Shown piece after piece: positions 47,220 through 57,553 of a stretch of 64,000 bases of DNA (its first letter is position 1; every line of letters starts with the position of its first letter). Where the stretch lies: assembly GCA_964645825.1 (NCBI GenBank), contig CAZXZY010000001.1, positions 17,362 through 81,361 on the forward strand. The letters are read 5' to 3'. Below the pieces are notes generated by a model. It was given only the letters and a program-made list of their open reading frames with translations, had not been told where the DNA came from and ran no database searches. This DNA comes from an uncultured Gammaproteobacteria bacterium (GTDB lineage Bacteria; Patescibacteriota; Patescibacteriia; UBA1558; GWA2-36-10). The translations under genes were made by a program, and so were the position numbers.

Positions 47220-49118
47220 TTAACGCTCAAAATACCACTCCATAAATTGGCGAGCCACTGTAACTGCCAAGCCCCGATCTCCACCTTCTTCCACTAAAAT
47301 AGTAACCACTATCTGCGGATCATCATATGGAGCAAAGCCAGCAAACCAAGAATGCGGCGTTTTATTACGATTAAATTGAGCTGTGCCAGTCTTACCAGCT
47401 ACTGGAACCGCCACTGATTGTAAGCTAGTAGCTGTACCATCTTCGACTGTTTGTTTCAAGCCTCTACGGATAATATTTAGATTAACACTATCTATCAAAT
47501 TTTCCAAGGCCAACTCAGATTGATAAACATCTTCTCCATCTACTGATTTAATAGACTTAATGAAGTGTGGTTGCCAAGCACGGCCTGTAGCAAAATAAGC
47601 CATTGATACAGCCGCTTGAATAGGTGTACCTAATAAATATCCCTGACCAATAGATAGATTATAAGTGTCTCCCAAATACCATCTCTCATCTAAAGTTTTT
47701 TCTTTCCAATTTTTACTCGGTAAAAATCCATCCGCTTCAGAAGCTAGGTCTATGCCAGTAGATTCTCCTAAACCAAAATTCTTGGCGTACTTCATGATTC
47801 TATTTATGCCCAAACCTTCTTCAAGCCACTGATTATTACCTCCGCCAATCGTATAGAAAAATGTATTTACACTATCAGCCAAGGCCCATTCTATATCTGT
47901 TCGTCCATGACCACTAGGTCGCCAATCTGGGAAAAAACTATTTCCAATCTGTACACCACCAGTACTGTTCACTGTAAATGAAGAATTAATAAGCTCCTCT
48001 TCCAAGGCAGCAGCAGCGACTATTGGCTTAAAAACAGAACCAAAGGGATAAGCACCATCAACGGCACGATTTAAAAGTGGCGTCGCTGGATCAGTGGTAA
48101 TTTTATTATAGTCTTCAATATTTAAAGTTGCAGTAAAAATATTATTGTCATAAGTGGGCAAGCTCATCATAGCCAATACTCCGCCATCATGAGCATCTAA
48201 AACTACAGCGGCCATTTTTGGCTTATCATATTGCTGAGCATTATTAGACATAATTTCATATAATTTCTGCTGAGCTTTAGCATCCAATGTCAAAACAAGA
48301 TCTTGCCCATCTTGTGGCTCTTGCCAAGCGACAATATTTTTTTCCTTATTCAAAGCGTCCACCTCAATCTGCCGCAAACCATCTTGACCACGTAAAATAT
48401 CTTCGTAAATAAATTCTAAACCAGTTTTACCAATACGATCATTGTAACGATAATTTCCTTTATCAAAATCATCTTCATCTATTGACCCTAGGTAGCCCAT
48501 TACATGAGCTAATCCTAGATAATCAAAATAAGAACGACGAGGCTCATAAGTAACAGATAATTCCGGATGATCTTCTGACCAGAGCATTAACTGAATTGCC
48601 TGCTCATAAGGAATATTTTCATAAATCAAAACTTTATTTTGGTTTTTATTTTTAGCTAGCCTATCATCTATCTCTGGCTGATCTATATCTAATAAAGCTG
48701 TTAATCTATCGAAAATTTCTTGTTTTTCTAGATCTTCCTCTGGTAAATCACCAGGTGCTAAATAAAGAAAAAAGTGGGAAACATTTTTAACTAATAAATT
48801 ACCAAAACGATCATAGATTAAACCACGATTTGAAAGAATCACCTCTTCTCGCAAACGATTACCTTCAGCTATACCACGAAATGATTCTCCTTGAGCTACT
48901 TGTAGATAAAATCCTCTACCCCACAAGATCATTAAAAAAACTACCAAAATAAAAAATAAGCGGGTAATTTTGTCATCAGCAAAAAATTTACCCAAAGTTT
49001 GTGCATTTTTGGCCCAAGCAAAATCTATATGGTCACCTGAATGTCTGCTTTTAGAAAAATTTTTCAGTTTACCGTCTTTGATCGAGCCTTCTTGAATTTT
49101 AAATGGATCGTCTCTCAT
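47220..49118 (-). CDS. mrdA: penicillin-binding protein 2 (elongasome transpeptidase)
   Basis: SVFKP (SxxK), SVN, KTGTA motifs. Follows mreCD. Confidence 0.85.
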   Translation of the reverse strand: MRDDPFKIQEGSIKDGKLKNFSKSRHSGDHIDFAWAKNAQTLGKFFADDKITRLFFILVVFLMILWGRGFYLQVAQGESFRGIAEGNRLREEVILSNRGLIYDRFGNLLVKNVSHFFLYLAPGDLPEEDLEKQEIFDRLTALLDIDQPEIDDRLAKNKNQNKVLIYENIPYEQAIQLMLWSEDHPELSVTYEPRRSYFDYLGLAHVMGYLGSIDEDDFDKGNYRYNDRIGKTGLEFIYEDILRGQDGLRQIEVDALNKEKNIVAWQEPQDGQDLVLTLDAKAQQKLYEIMSNNAQQYDKPKMAAVVLDAHDGGVLAMMSLPTYDNNIFTATLNIEDYNKITTDPATPLLNRAVDGAYPFGSVFKPIVAAAALEEELINSSFTVNSTGGVQIGNSFFPDWRPSGHGRTDIEWALADSVNTFFYTIGGGNNQWLEEGLGINRIMKYAKNFGLGESTGIDLASEADGFLPSKNWKEKTLDERWYLGDTYNLSIGQGYLLGTPIQAAVSMAYFATGRAWQPHFIKSIKSVDGEDVYQSELALENLIDSVNLNIIRRGLKQTVEDGTATSLQSVAVPVAGKTGTAQFNRNKTPHSWFAGFAPYDDPQIVVTILVEEGGDRGLAVTVARQFMEWYFER

Positions 49119-49593
49119 TTCGTTTTAACCACAAATTAAAATATAGAAGATAAAGAAAAATAATAATAATTGCATTAATGACCGAAAAAAAGATCATCGA
49201 TAATAGCATGCTCCAAGTAAAATTCAAATAACTAAAAGGTAGTATAAAATATAATAAGTTTAAAATTACCCAAAAGCTAAAGCAATTAATAAAAGATAGA
49301 GCGATGATGGTACCTGTATTTTTGGAAGTAAAAATAGTTGACTGTAAAAACTTAAGTAAAAAAACTACACACAACAAACTGATACTATACAAACCAAAAT
49401 GAGCACTGAAGGAATCCATCAACAGGCCAGCCAAAAAAGCAAAGCTATAATGCAACCAAATATTATCAATGGCTAAATACAAAAAAATTAAACCAATTAA
49501 AAATGGTTGTAATAAATGCCATTCATGCATGTTGAATAAAGAATACAATGAATGAGCTAGAATAAAAATAAATAAAGCCGCTAAGTATTTCAT
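49099..49593 (-). CDS. mreD: rod-shape protein MreD (by position and hydrophobic profile)
   Basis: 164-aa multi-TM protein between mreC and PBP2. Confidence 0.55.
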   Translation of the reverse strand: MKYLAALFIFILAHSLYSLFNMHEWHLLQPFLIGLIFLYLAIDNIWLHYSFAFLAGLLMDSFSAHFGLYSISLLCVVFLLKFLQSTIFTSKNTGTIIALSFINCFSFWVILNLLYFILPFSYLNFTWSMLLSMIFFSVINAIIIIFLYLLYFNLWLKRNERRSI

Positions 49594-50330
49594 AAGGAAA
49601 TAATTACGCCCACTGTAGATAATGTATTATAATCAACAAAAGGAGAAACTGAAGCTTTCTTAAATAATTCTTCTTCCGAAAATTCCACCTCTTCTATTTT
49701 TCCTATCACTAAACCACCAGGTATGTGTTCATTGAAATCCGAGGTGACTAACAAATCACCTTTTTTCACCTCAGTCTCTTGAGGAATATATTCCAAAGAC
49801 ATGCCCAATCCTAAAGAGCCAGATAATAAACCAGATACTAGTTGTCGATCACTCAGACTGACTGCTAATTTACTTTGATTATCTGTTAACAGTCTTACTA
49901 CGGCCGCATGATCCATGACGTCAATAATTTTACCAATAATGATACCATTGTTGACTACCACTGCTTGACCACTTTTTATATTCTGAGCGCTACCAGTATC
50001 AATGATTAATAAATTTTGATTAATAAAGTCTCGACTTATAATATTAGCAACGGACAATTTATGATTCGTGGTTTGTGTAAAGCCTAATAAATCTCTGAGC
50101 CTTTGATTATCTTCTTGTAAAGATTGCAGTTGATTATTTTCTACTAACAAGTTTTTATAAGCCTCCGTTAGATCATCTGGCGGATTTAATAATTGATTAA
50201 CAACCTTCTGCGGCTCCGACAAATTACGCATAATAAAGCCAAAATCAAAAATTTTGCCTTCCTTAAAAAAAATTAGCAACAAAATAGCTGCCAAAAATAA
50301 TAAAAAAATTTGCACATTACGTCTTAACAT
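49590..50330 (-). CDS. mreC: rod-shape protein MreC
   Basis: N-terminal TM, coiled coil, beta-rich C-terminal domains; downstream of mreB. Confidence 0.8.
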   Translation of the reverse strand: MLRRNVQIFLLFLAAILLLIFFKEGKIFDFGFIMRNLSEPQKVVNQLLNPPDDLTEAYKNLLVENNQLQSLQEDNQRLRDLLGFTQTTNHKLSVANIISRDFINQNLLIIDTGSAQNIKSGQAVVVNNGIIIGKIIDVMDHAAVVRLLTDNQSKLAVSLSDRQLVSGLLSGSLGLGMSLEYIPQETEVKKGDLLVTSDFNEHIPGGLVIGKIEEVEFSEEELFKKASVSPFVDYNTLSTVGVIISL

Positions 50331-50334
50331 AATT

Positions 50335-51387
50335 TTATGTTAAACCTAAATCTTTAGTTGATGGTAAAAGTATTTCTTTTAAATTGTCTAAATCATCCAA
50401 AACTTTTCCAGTGCCTCTAACCACGGCTGTTAGTGGATCGTCAGCAATGTGAACTGGCATTTTTGTTTCTTGATGAATCAAAGTATCTATACCTTTTAAC
50501 AAGGCTCCGCCACCGGTCAAAACCATTCCCTTTTCATAAAGGTCAGCTACTAATTCTGGCGGTGTGCTTTCAATAGTGGTTTTAATATTTTCGACGATAA
50601 GTTTGATCGGTTTTGCAATAGCTTCTCTAATATTTGCATCAGTAATTGTTATTTCTTTTGGTAAGCCAGTTAATAAATCTCGACCACGCATAGTAGCCTC
50701 TTCTGGTTTTTCTAATGGTAAAACTGAAGCAATTTGAAATTTAATCTTTTCAGCTGTACGTTCACCCAATAAAATATTAAATTTATCACGAGCATATTGA
50801 ACAATAGCTTCGTTTAGTTTATCACCAGCTAGCTTCAAGGACTTCCAAGAAACTACACCACCTAAAGATATGACAGCAATTTCAGTTGTACCGCCGCCAA
50901 TATCTACTACCATGCTAGCCATAGCTTCCTGGATAGGTAATCCAGCTCCAATAGCTGCTGCCACCGGTTCTTCAATCAAATATATTTCAGAAGCGCCAGC
51001 GCCCATCACAGAATCTTCAACCGCTTTTCTTTCTACTTCTGTGACATCTAGTGGAATAGCGACCATCACTCGAGGGCGAGGGACAAAAGTCATCGATTCA
51101 CGATGAACTTTATTGATAAAATGTTTGATCATTTTTTCACTAACTTCAAAGTCAGAAATAACTCCATCAATCAGTGGACGAATAACACTAATATGTTGGG
51201 GAGTTTTTCCTAACATAATTTTAGCATCATCACCAACAGCTACAATTTTATCAGTACGCGTATTAATAGCAACCACACTAGGCTCATTGATCACAATGCC
51301 TTGGTCTTTTACATAAACCAAAGTATTAGCCGTACCTAAGTCGATTCCCATATCTTTAGAAAATTGTCTGAATATGTTTTTAAACAT
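50335..51387 (-). CDS. mreB: rod-shape protein MreB (paralog 1)
   Basis: GIDLGTANT, DIGGGTTE. Confidence 0.9.
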   Translation of the reverse strand: MFKNIFRQFSKDMGIDLGTANTLVYVKDQGIVINEPSVVAINTRTDKIVAVGDDAKIMLGKTPQHISVIRPLIDGVISDFEVSEKMIKHFINKVHRESMTFVPRPRVMVAIPLDVTEVERKAVEDSVMGAGASEIYLIEEPVAAAIGAGLPIQEAMASMVVDIGGGTTEIAVISLGGVVSWKSLKLAGDKLNEAIVQYARDKFNILLGERTAEKIKFQIASVLPLEKPEEATMRGRDLLTGLPKEITITDANIREAIAKPIKLIVENIKTTIESTPPELVADLYEKGMVLTGGGALLKGIDTLIHQETKMPVHIADDPLTAVVRGTGKVLDDLDNLKEILLPSTKDLGLT

Positions 51388-52631
51388 TAGTTGTAGTATT
51401 TTTTAATTTCACTAATTACTGCTTTTTTAGATAATAGTTTATTTTCTTTTTCTGCGCGAATCTTAAACTCTATCTTTTTTTGTTTATCACTAACGATAAC
51501 CTGCAAACAAATGCCCATTAAATCTGAGTCTTTTAGTTTTTTGCCAAAAGAAATGTCTCGGTCATCATATAAAACATCAAAACCAGCTTGTTTTAAATCT
51601 GCGTAAAGTGCCTCTGTCTCTGCCTTTCTTTTATCATCTTTTGCTAAATTTAACAAATGAAGATGATAAGGTGTGCTAGCCTTAGTCCAAATAATGCCAT
51701 CTTGATCGTGACTAGCCTCGACAATGGTGCCCATCACCCTACCTAGACCAATGCCATATGAACCCATCAAAACTTCTTGCTGTTTACCGTTCTGATCGGT
51801 AAATTTTAGGCCCATGTCTTTGGAATATTTATTGCCTAAACGGAAAATATTTCCAGCCTCGACAGTTTTTGCTTCTTCTAATTTTTTGCCGCACTTTGGA
51901 CATTTGTCACCGGCTTTTTCTTTGGCAATTTCTTTATTTTGTGCCCAGCCGCATGCACTACATAAAATAGTTGTATCCTCACCGGCTGTTGTTTTGACCA
52001 TGAATTCATGAGAATTGTGTTTGCTCATTGCACCGCCAGAAGCTTCAACAGAAAATGCTTTTAAACCTAAACGCTTGAATATTTTTAAATAAGCTTCGTG
52101 TGCTTTCATATAGTAATCATCTAGATCTGCCTCGTTTGTATGAAAACTATATAAATCTTTCATAGAAAATTCACGACCACGTAATAAACCAGACTTGGCT
52201 CTTTTTTCATTTCTGAATTTGTCTTGAATTTGATAAATATAAATTGGCAAATCTTTGTAAGATTTGATTTGCTGTTTAGCTAAAGTAGTAACCACCTCTT
52301 CATGGGTAGTGGCTAATCCAACTTCACTGCCGTGTCCATCTTCAAATTGATACATGATATCAGCTAATTCTGACCAACGACCAGTTTTTTCCCACAGGTC
52401 TTTTGGCTGCAAGGCAGTCATTAACATTTCCTGACCATCTATAGCATCCATTTCTTCGCGAATGATATTTTCAATTTTACGGAAAACTCGCAGACCCAAA
52501 GGTAAATAATTATAAACACCAGCGATATGCTTTTCGATAAATCCACCACGAGTAAGCAACTCTGCGTTGATAGACTTCTCGTCTTTGCTGATATCTCGTC
52601 TAGTCTTTCCAAATAATTTTGATTGTCGCAT
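51387..52631 (-). CDS. proS: prolyl-tRNA synthetase, minimal form (414 aa) with zinc-ribbon insertion
   Basis: Class II motifs YLPLGLRVFRKIENIIREEM, FRNEKRAKSGLLRGREFSMKD. CSACG...CPKCG is inserted between motifs 2 and 3. C-terminal anticodon-binding domain. Confidence 0.85.
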   Translation of the reverse strand: MRQSKLFGKTRRDISKDEKSINAELLTRGGFIEKHIAGVYNYLPLGLRVFRKIENIIREEMDAIDGQEMLMTALQPKDLWEKTGRWSELADIMYQFEDGHGSEVGLATTHEEVVTTLAKQQIKSYKDLPIYIYQIQDKFRNEKRAKSGLLRGREFSMKDLYSFHTNEADLDDYYMKAHEAYLKIFKRLGLKAFSVEASGGAMSKHNSHEFMVKTTAGEDTTILCSACGWAQNKEIAKEKAGDKCPKCGKKLEEAKTVEAGNIFRLGNKYSKDMGLKFTDQNGKQQEVLMGSYGIGLGRVMGTIVEASHDQDGIIWTKASTPYHLHLLNLAKDDKRKAETEALYADLKQAGFDVLYDDRDISFGKKLKDSDLMGICLQVIVSDKQKKIEFKIRAEKENKLLSKKAVISEIKKYYN

Positions 52632-52636
52632 ATATC

Positions 52637-52918
52637 TTATCTTAACAAATTTGTAATACGCTCTTTTTCTATCTGCAAAACATCTCCGTCATAGTCGCCG
52701 CTATGTGCAGTATGATTAGTATAACAAGCTCCTTTTTGATCTAAGTGTATTTTGCATTGCCACTTATCTCCATGATCATCAATATAGATATGAAATCGCG
52801 GAAACTCACCGCTGCCTGCTCGACGAATAAAACTATCTCCTTTGCGACTTGGGCTATATCCCAAACGACGCATAGCTGTAAGTAAATTTAAATTTTTTTG
52901 GGCTATATCAAATCTCAT
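52637..52918 (-). CDS. hypothetical 93-aa protein
   Basis: ORF only; His/Asp-rich centre. Confidence 0.3.
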   Translation of the reverse strand: MRFDIAQKNLNLLTAMRRLGYSPSRKGDSFIRRAGSGEFPRFHIYIDDHGDKWQCKIHLDQKGACYTNHTAHSGDYDGDVLQIEKERITNLLR

Positions 52919-52920
52919 GC

Positions 52921-54024
52921 TTAAAAAATATTTTTAATGCCTTCCCAAATCTGGCTACTATGTTTAGCAAAATCTCTCCAAGTAATAAATAAAATTAGCA
53001 CCATCAAAAATACAAAACCACTATTATGAATCATTGCTTCTGCTTTTTGACTAATTTTTTTACCACGTAATTTTTCTATCCAAACAAATAATAGTCGTCC
53101 TCCGTCTAAGGCTGGAAATGGTAAAATATTTAGAACCGCTAAATTCAAAGATAATATAGCAGCAAAATTCAAAATATAAACAAAACCTAATTGAACCACT
53201 TGGCCAGTAATAATAGCCACCCCAACTGGTCCAGCTAAACCTGGAGATAATTTACCAGTAGTAAATAAATCAACAAACAGGTTATAGAAAGCTGAAAAAA
53301 TACGTCCTGTCATTAACCAAGTGCCTTTAGCTCCTTGCCAGATGCTCTCAAAAAAACCATAAGAAACTATGCCGGTATCCAACATACCGACTCCCAGGAC
53401 TGGCCCTCCACCTTCTTCTATGGGTCTAGCTTGAGTTGTGAATTCTAAAATTTCCTTATTTCTTTCAATAACCAAGGATAATTCCCCGTCATTATTTTCT
53501 TGTAATAATTCATAAACAATTTCTGAATCTACAATTTCATTATTATTTATGGAAACTAGATTATCACCTATTTGCAAACCTATGTCTTCAGCAGCTGAAT
53601 TTGGTGCTACTTCCATAATCATTACATGACGATCATGAACGTTATCCAAGGGCATGTCTGTATCCAGAGCTTGCGGTAAACCAATAAAAAATCCAACTGA
53701 CAAAAAAATAAATGCCACTAATAAATTCATTAAAACGCCAGCTGATAGGATAATTGATTTTTTCCAGGTCTTTTGATTAGCAAAACTTTTTGGATCATCA
53801 GCTTCCTCGCCACTTTCACCTTTAATTTTCACAAAACCACCAATAGGAATCCAATTAATAGAATAAATAATACCTTTTCTTCTAAAGGCAATGATGCGTG
53901 GCGGAAAACCAATGCCAAATTCCTCTACTTCAACGCCCAGTTTTATTGCTGTGATAAAATGGCCTAGCTCATGAGCTAGTACCAAAATACCTAAAATTAA
54001 TATAAATGATATAAGAGTTAACAT
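52921..54024 (-). CDS. rseP: site-2 protease RseP-family zinc metalloprotease
   Basis: HELGHF, PDZ segment, LDGG motif. Confidence 0.85.
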   Translation of the reverse strand: MLTLISFILILGILVLAHELGHFITAIKLGVEVEEFGIGFPPRIIAFRRKGIIYSINWIPIGGFVKIKGESGEEADDPKSFANQKTWKKSIILSAGVLMNLLVAFIFLSVGFFIGLPQALDTDMPLDNVHDRHVMIMEVAPNSAAEDIGLQIGDNLVSINNNEIVDSEIVYELLQENNDGELSLVIERNKEILEFTTQARPIEEGGGPVLGVGMLDTGIVSYGFFESIWQGAKGTWLMTGRIFSAFYNLFVDLFTTGKLSPGLAGPVGVAIITGQVVQLGFVYILNFAAILSLNLAVLNILPFPALDGGRLLFVWIEKLRGKKISQKAEAMIHNSGFVFLMVLILFITWRDFAKHSSQIWEGIKNIF

Positions 54025-54035
54025 TTTTTATTTTT

Positions 54036-54590
54036 TTATACTTTCATTATCTCTGCCTCTTTTTCTTTGCCGACAGCTTTTATTTGTTCGTTGTAATTTT
54101 TAGTCATTTCATCTAATTCTTTCAAAGCTTGAAATTTTTCATCTTCAGAAATTTCTTTATCTCTTTCGGCTGCCACTATACTTTCTTTTATTTTTTCTCT
54201 TTGTGATTTTAAAACAACATGAGCTTCTTCTAATTTTTTATTCAAAATCTTAACTAAATCTTTGCGAGTTTCCTCTGTCAAAGAAGGAAAATTAAGACGA
54301 ATTAATTCAGAATCGACAACCGGACTGACATTTAAATCTGAAGCCATTAACGCACGCTCAATATCCTTTAAAATGCCCTTGTCCCATGGCTTAATAGCAA
54401 TGGTTTGTGGCTCTGGTGCAGAGATAGAAGCTAATTGCACTAAATCTGACATAGTGCCGTAAGATTCCACTTTAATAGTTTCAACTACACTAGGAGATAT
54501 TCGACCAGTACGTAGTGACCCAATGTCGGTTTTTAAAAACTCTATAGTCTTGTCATAATGAGCACGATTGCTCTCTACAATACTATTCAT
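54036..54590 (-). CDS. frr: ribosome recycling factor
   Basis: RRF family pattern with MSDLVQLASISAPEPQTIAIKPWD. Confidence 0.9.
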   Translation of the reverse strand: MNSIVESNRAHYDKTIEFLKTDIGSLRTGRISPSVVETIKVESYGTMSDLVQLASISAPEPQTIAIKPWDKGILKDIERALMASDLNVSPVVDSELIRLNFPSLTEETRKDLVKILNKKLEEAHVVLKSQREKIKESIVAAERDKEISEDEKFQALKELDEMTKNYNEQIKAVGKEKEAEIMKV

Positions 54591-54604
54591 AAAATCGTTG
54601 TTAA

Positions 54605-55744
54605 TTATTTACTTATTTTATAAGCTCCTAGATATAAAAATTCATTGTTAGGAGAAAAGGCGATCTTACCGGCCACTCTGTTAGTTGGTAGCTCTTTGAT
54701 GACCCAATTTGCCCCACCATCGATCGTGTGATACAGCGCTTTGGAAGTGCCATAATAGAAATCATTACCATCCAAGGGGTTTACCGCTGTTGAATAAATA
54801 GTCTCCTTTTTATCGGGTGTTAATAAACTATATTGCTCCCAATGATCTCCTAGAAATCTAAACATACCAATTCTATTGCCATAAATCAAGCTGTCTGGCA
54901 GACTACGATCTGAGTCTGCAGCCACTGATATTTTTACTCCGCTGATCTTAAAAAATGGCTTATCTTCGTCATCTTGTTTGATGGCAGTAAAGGTGCGATC
55001 CCCTTCTTTGATAACCTCCAATTTATAAACTGGTAGTGCCATTAAGTTTTCCCAAGAAACACCGCCATCACCACTACGAAAAACTCCTGTACTTTTGGTG
55101 ATAGCATAGATAATGTTACTATCACTATGATTTTGAACAACAATTTGTTTAACACTATTGTCAAAACGCCTCAAGACATCCCAAGATTTTCCTCTATCTA
55201 AACTGCGTAAAAATGAACCGCCAGAAGTGCCAGCATAAATAATATCTGGATTAGCGTAATTTATATTTAAAGATGTTACATATTGCTCATTTCTAGACTC
55301 AAAATAAATATCTGTCCAAGTACGTGAACAATCTTCTGTTTTCCAAATTTTATTGTGAGCAGCCGCATAAACGGTACACTTATCTTGTGGATGAACTACA
55401 ATATCGTTGACCGTGCCCTTGTAAGCCAAGGTACTGTGCCAACCCTTGCCGTAATTATAGCTATAAAAAATACCATTATTCTGCGTACCTAAATAAATAG
55501 CTTCTTCATCTTGAGGATCAAAGGCTATTTTTGTAATGTTTGTACCAGAAAAAGTTTTTGGTTCACCATCAGAAACATACATACTAGTACGATGCCCCCA
55601 ATTTTCACCTTGATCATTGGTCAAGAAAAAACCACCTAAACTACTTGTATTTTTACTACTAACAGAAATACAACCTGATAAAAATATTGGCAAGATCAAA
55701 ACCAAAGTTGTTATTTTTACAAATCTATTTTTTATGACTACCAT
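54605..55744 (-). CDS. lipoprotein with BNR/Asp-box beta-propeller (Ycf48/sialidase-like fold)
   Basis: Lipobox LSGC. Asp-box repeats SxDxGxSW/NW occur at DRGKSWDVL, DGGVSWENL, DGGANWVIK, and there is also DCSRTW. Confidence 0.6.
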   Translation of the reverse strand: MVVIKNRFVKITTLVLILPIFLSGCISVSSKNTSSLGGFFLTNDQGENWGHRTSMYVSDGEPKTFSGTNITKIAFDPQDEEAIYLGTQNNGIFYSYNYGKGWHSTLAYKGTVNDIVVHPQDKCTVYAAAHNKIWKTEDCSRTWTDIYFESRNEQYVTSLNINYANPDIIYAGTSGGSFLRSLDRGKSWDVLRRFDNSVKQIVVQNHSDSNIIYAITKSTGVFRSGDGGVSWENLMALPVYKLEVIKEGDRTFTAIKQDDEDKPFFKISGVKISVAADSDRSLPDSLIYGNRIGMFRFLGDHWEQYSLLTPDKKETIYSTAVNPLDGNDFYYGTSKALYHTIDGGANWVIKELPTNRVAGKIAFSPNNEFLYLGAYKISK

Positions 55745-55747
55745 AAT

Positions 55748-56797
55748 TTATGACTTAAAATTTAAAACTAAATTTTCCCATGAAAGCAATGGTGAAACAT
55801 TATTTTTTAATTGTTTTTTTATGTTATTTAATTTTAATAAATTTTTTAATAAAATACCAGGTTGATATTGCTTGGCTAAATCTTGCAATTGTTCTTGATA
55901 AATGGTGTTAATAGGCTGACGACCTAATTTAATCCATAAAATATCTCGTAAAACCAATTCTAATAAATTTAACTGCAAAGTTGTGTGTTCGCCTAATTCA
56001 TAAATCTTATAATTTGGATGCGCTTTTTTTAAGGCTGTAAACCAATGGTCTAATGTTTGTAAAGCAGCTAAAGTATCATTGCTTAATAACTTGATCAAAA
56101 AATCACAATTTTCTTTGAAGCTTACTAATTTATCATCCATGTATTCTAGGGCCAAACCTGGTTTACCAAAAGATAAATTAAGCACAGTATTTTTCTCTTC
56201 TGCTAAAAAATCAAAAGAACCAAGCCACTCTTGCATAGCAACTTTATCCAAAGAACAAAATTTTAATAACTGACAACGAGAAATAACTGTTGCTGGTAAA
56301 TTATTTATCTGATCAGCAACCAAAATAATAGTGGTATTTTTTGGTGGTTCTTCTAAGGTTTTTAATAATGCATTAGCAGAAAACAAATTTATCTTATCTA
56401 CTTTTTGAATAATTGCCAGTTTGTGCCCACCAGAAGAAGATGTTAAAGAAAGTCTGGCTAAAAATTCTTTGATATGATCGGCCGACAATTCATCTTGATC
56501 TTTTCCTAAAATATGCAAATCAGCAAAAACACCTTTATTAATTTGCTGGCAAGCATCACATTTTTGACAAGGCTTATTGTCTTCAGCTTGACAAAATAAA
56601 CTCTTAGCAAAATTATAAGCTACCAATTTTTTTCCTAAACCACGTGGACCATAAAACAAATAAGTATTAGCCAATTTGTGTTGACGGATACTTTCTTGTA
56701 AGAAGCTTATCTGTTGTTGGTGACCATAAATTGGCCAGGAAAAATTGACTGACATTGAGTAAAATATAACATTTTTGCCATCAAAAATCAATGGCAT
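55748..56797 (-). CDS. holB: DNA polymerase III delta-prime subunit
   Basis: YLFYGPRGLGKK and zinc module CQKCDACQ. Confidence 0.75.
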   Translation of the reverse strand: MPLIFDGKNVIFYSMSVNFSWPIYGHQQQISFLQESIRQHKLANTYLFYGPRGLGKKLVAYNFAKSLFCQAEDNKPCQKCDACQQINKGVFADLHILGKDQDELSADHIKEFLARLSLTSSSGGHKLAIIQKVDKINLFSANALLKTLEEPPKNTTIILVADQINNLPATVISRCQLLKFCSLDKVAMQEWLGSFDFLAEEKNTVLNLSFGKPGLALEYMDDKLVSFKENCDFLIKLLSNDTLAALQTLDHWFTALKKAHPNYKIYELGEHTTLQLNLLELVLRDILWIKLGRQPINTIYQEQLQDLAKQYQPGILLKNLLKLNNIKKQLKNNVSPLLSWENLVLNFKS

Positions 56798-56862
56798 TTT
56801 TTAATTAAAAAAACGGCACCACATAGATGATGCCGCATTAAAATCGCTATTTCTGACAATCC

Positions 56863-57051
56863 TTAGCCGGCCTCTTTCCTAGCTAGCTTTCTCGCCTTAC
56901 AAGCTGGAATCTTCTTGAAGTGCCAATTGGGGTGTTGAGAGCATTCATAAACACCACGATCTACGTTAATGCGAATAACTCCACTACAACCTTGATTGGG
57001 ACAAATTTGTTTCGCTTTTTTAATTCTGGCATTACTGTTCGAGTCGACCAT
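56863..57051 (-). CDS. small zinc-ribbon-like protein (62 aa)
   Basis: CPNQGC...C...H...H...C spacing; no further support. Confidence 0.3.
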   Translation of the reverse strand: MVDSNSNARIKKAKQICPNQGCSGVIRINVDRGVYECSQHPNWHFKKIPACKARKLARKEAG

Positions 57052-57151
57052 GAGTAAACCTCCATTGCTATTGAATTGTCTTCTGCTGAATGAACTGATT
57101 TGGTCATTAAGGCTACTAAAATATTCAAATTATGTCAAAAAATAAAAAACT

Positions 57152-57553
57152 TTATAATTCAGCGTCTAAAGCCTTGTTTACTTGCGCATCAGCTTCTTTA
57201 TTTAATTCTCTACGTACATGAGAATAAGTAATTTTCTTGAAAGTCTGGCTCAAATTCCATATTTTGACAAATATTTTGGCAAGTTCCGCATCTTTGACTT
57301 TATATTCTTTATTTAATTGCTTCACTACCAGCTCACTATCCAAAAAACAATCTATTTCTTCTATCTTATGCACTTGGGCTAACTCTAGCCCAGCTAATAA
57401 AGCCTTATATTCAGCTTGATTGTTTGTGCCTTCACCGATATATTCAGAAAAAAAATCTAATTGCTCATCAGCCATATTATACAAAACTCCGCCGATACCA
57501 GCTGGACCAGGATTACCACGCGCTCCTCCATCAGTAAATAATTTAGCTTTCAT
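57152..57553 (-). CDS. rnhA: ribonuclease HI-like
   Basis: FTDGGARGNPGPAGIG and NNQAEYKAL. Confidence 0.8.
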   Translation of the reverse strand: MKAKLFTDGGARGNPGPAGIGGVLYNMADEQLDFFSEYIGEGTNNQAEYKALLAGLELAQVHKIEEIDCFLDSELVVKQLNKEYKVKDAELAKIFVKIWNLSQTFKKITYSHVRRELNKEADAQVNKALDAEL

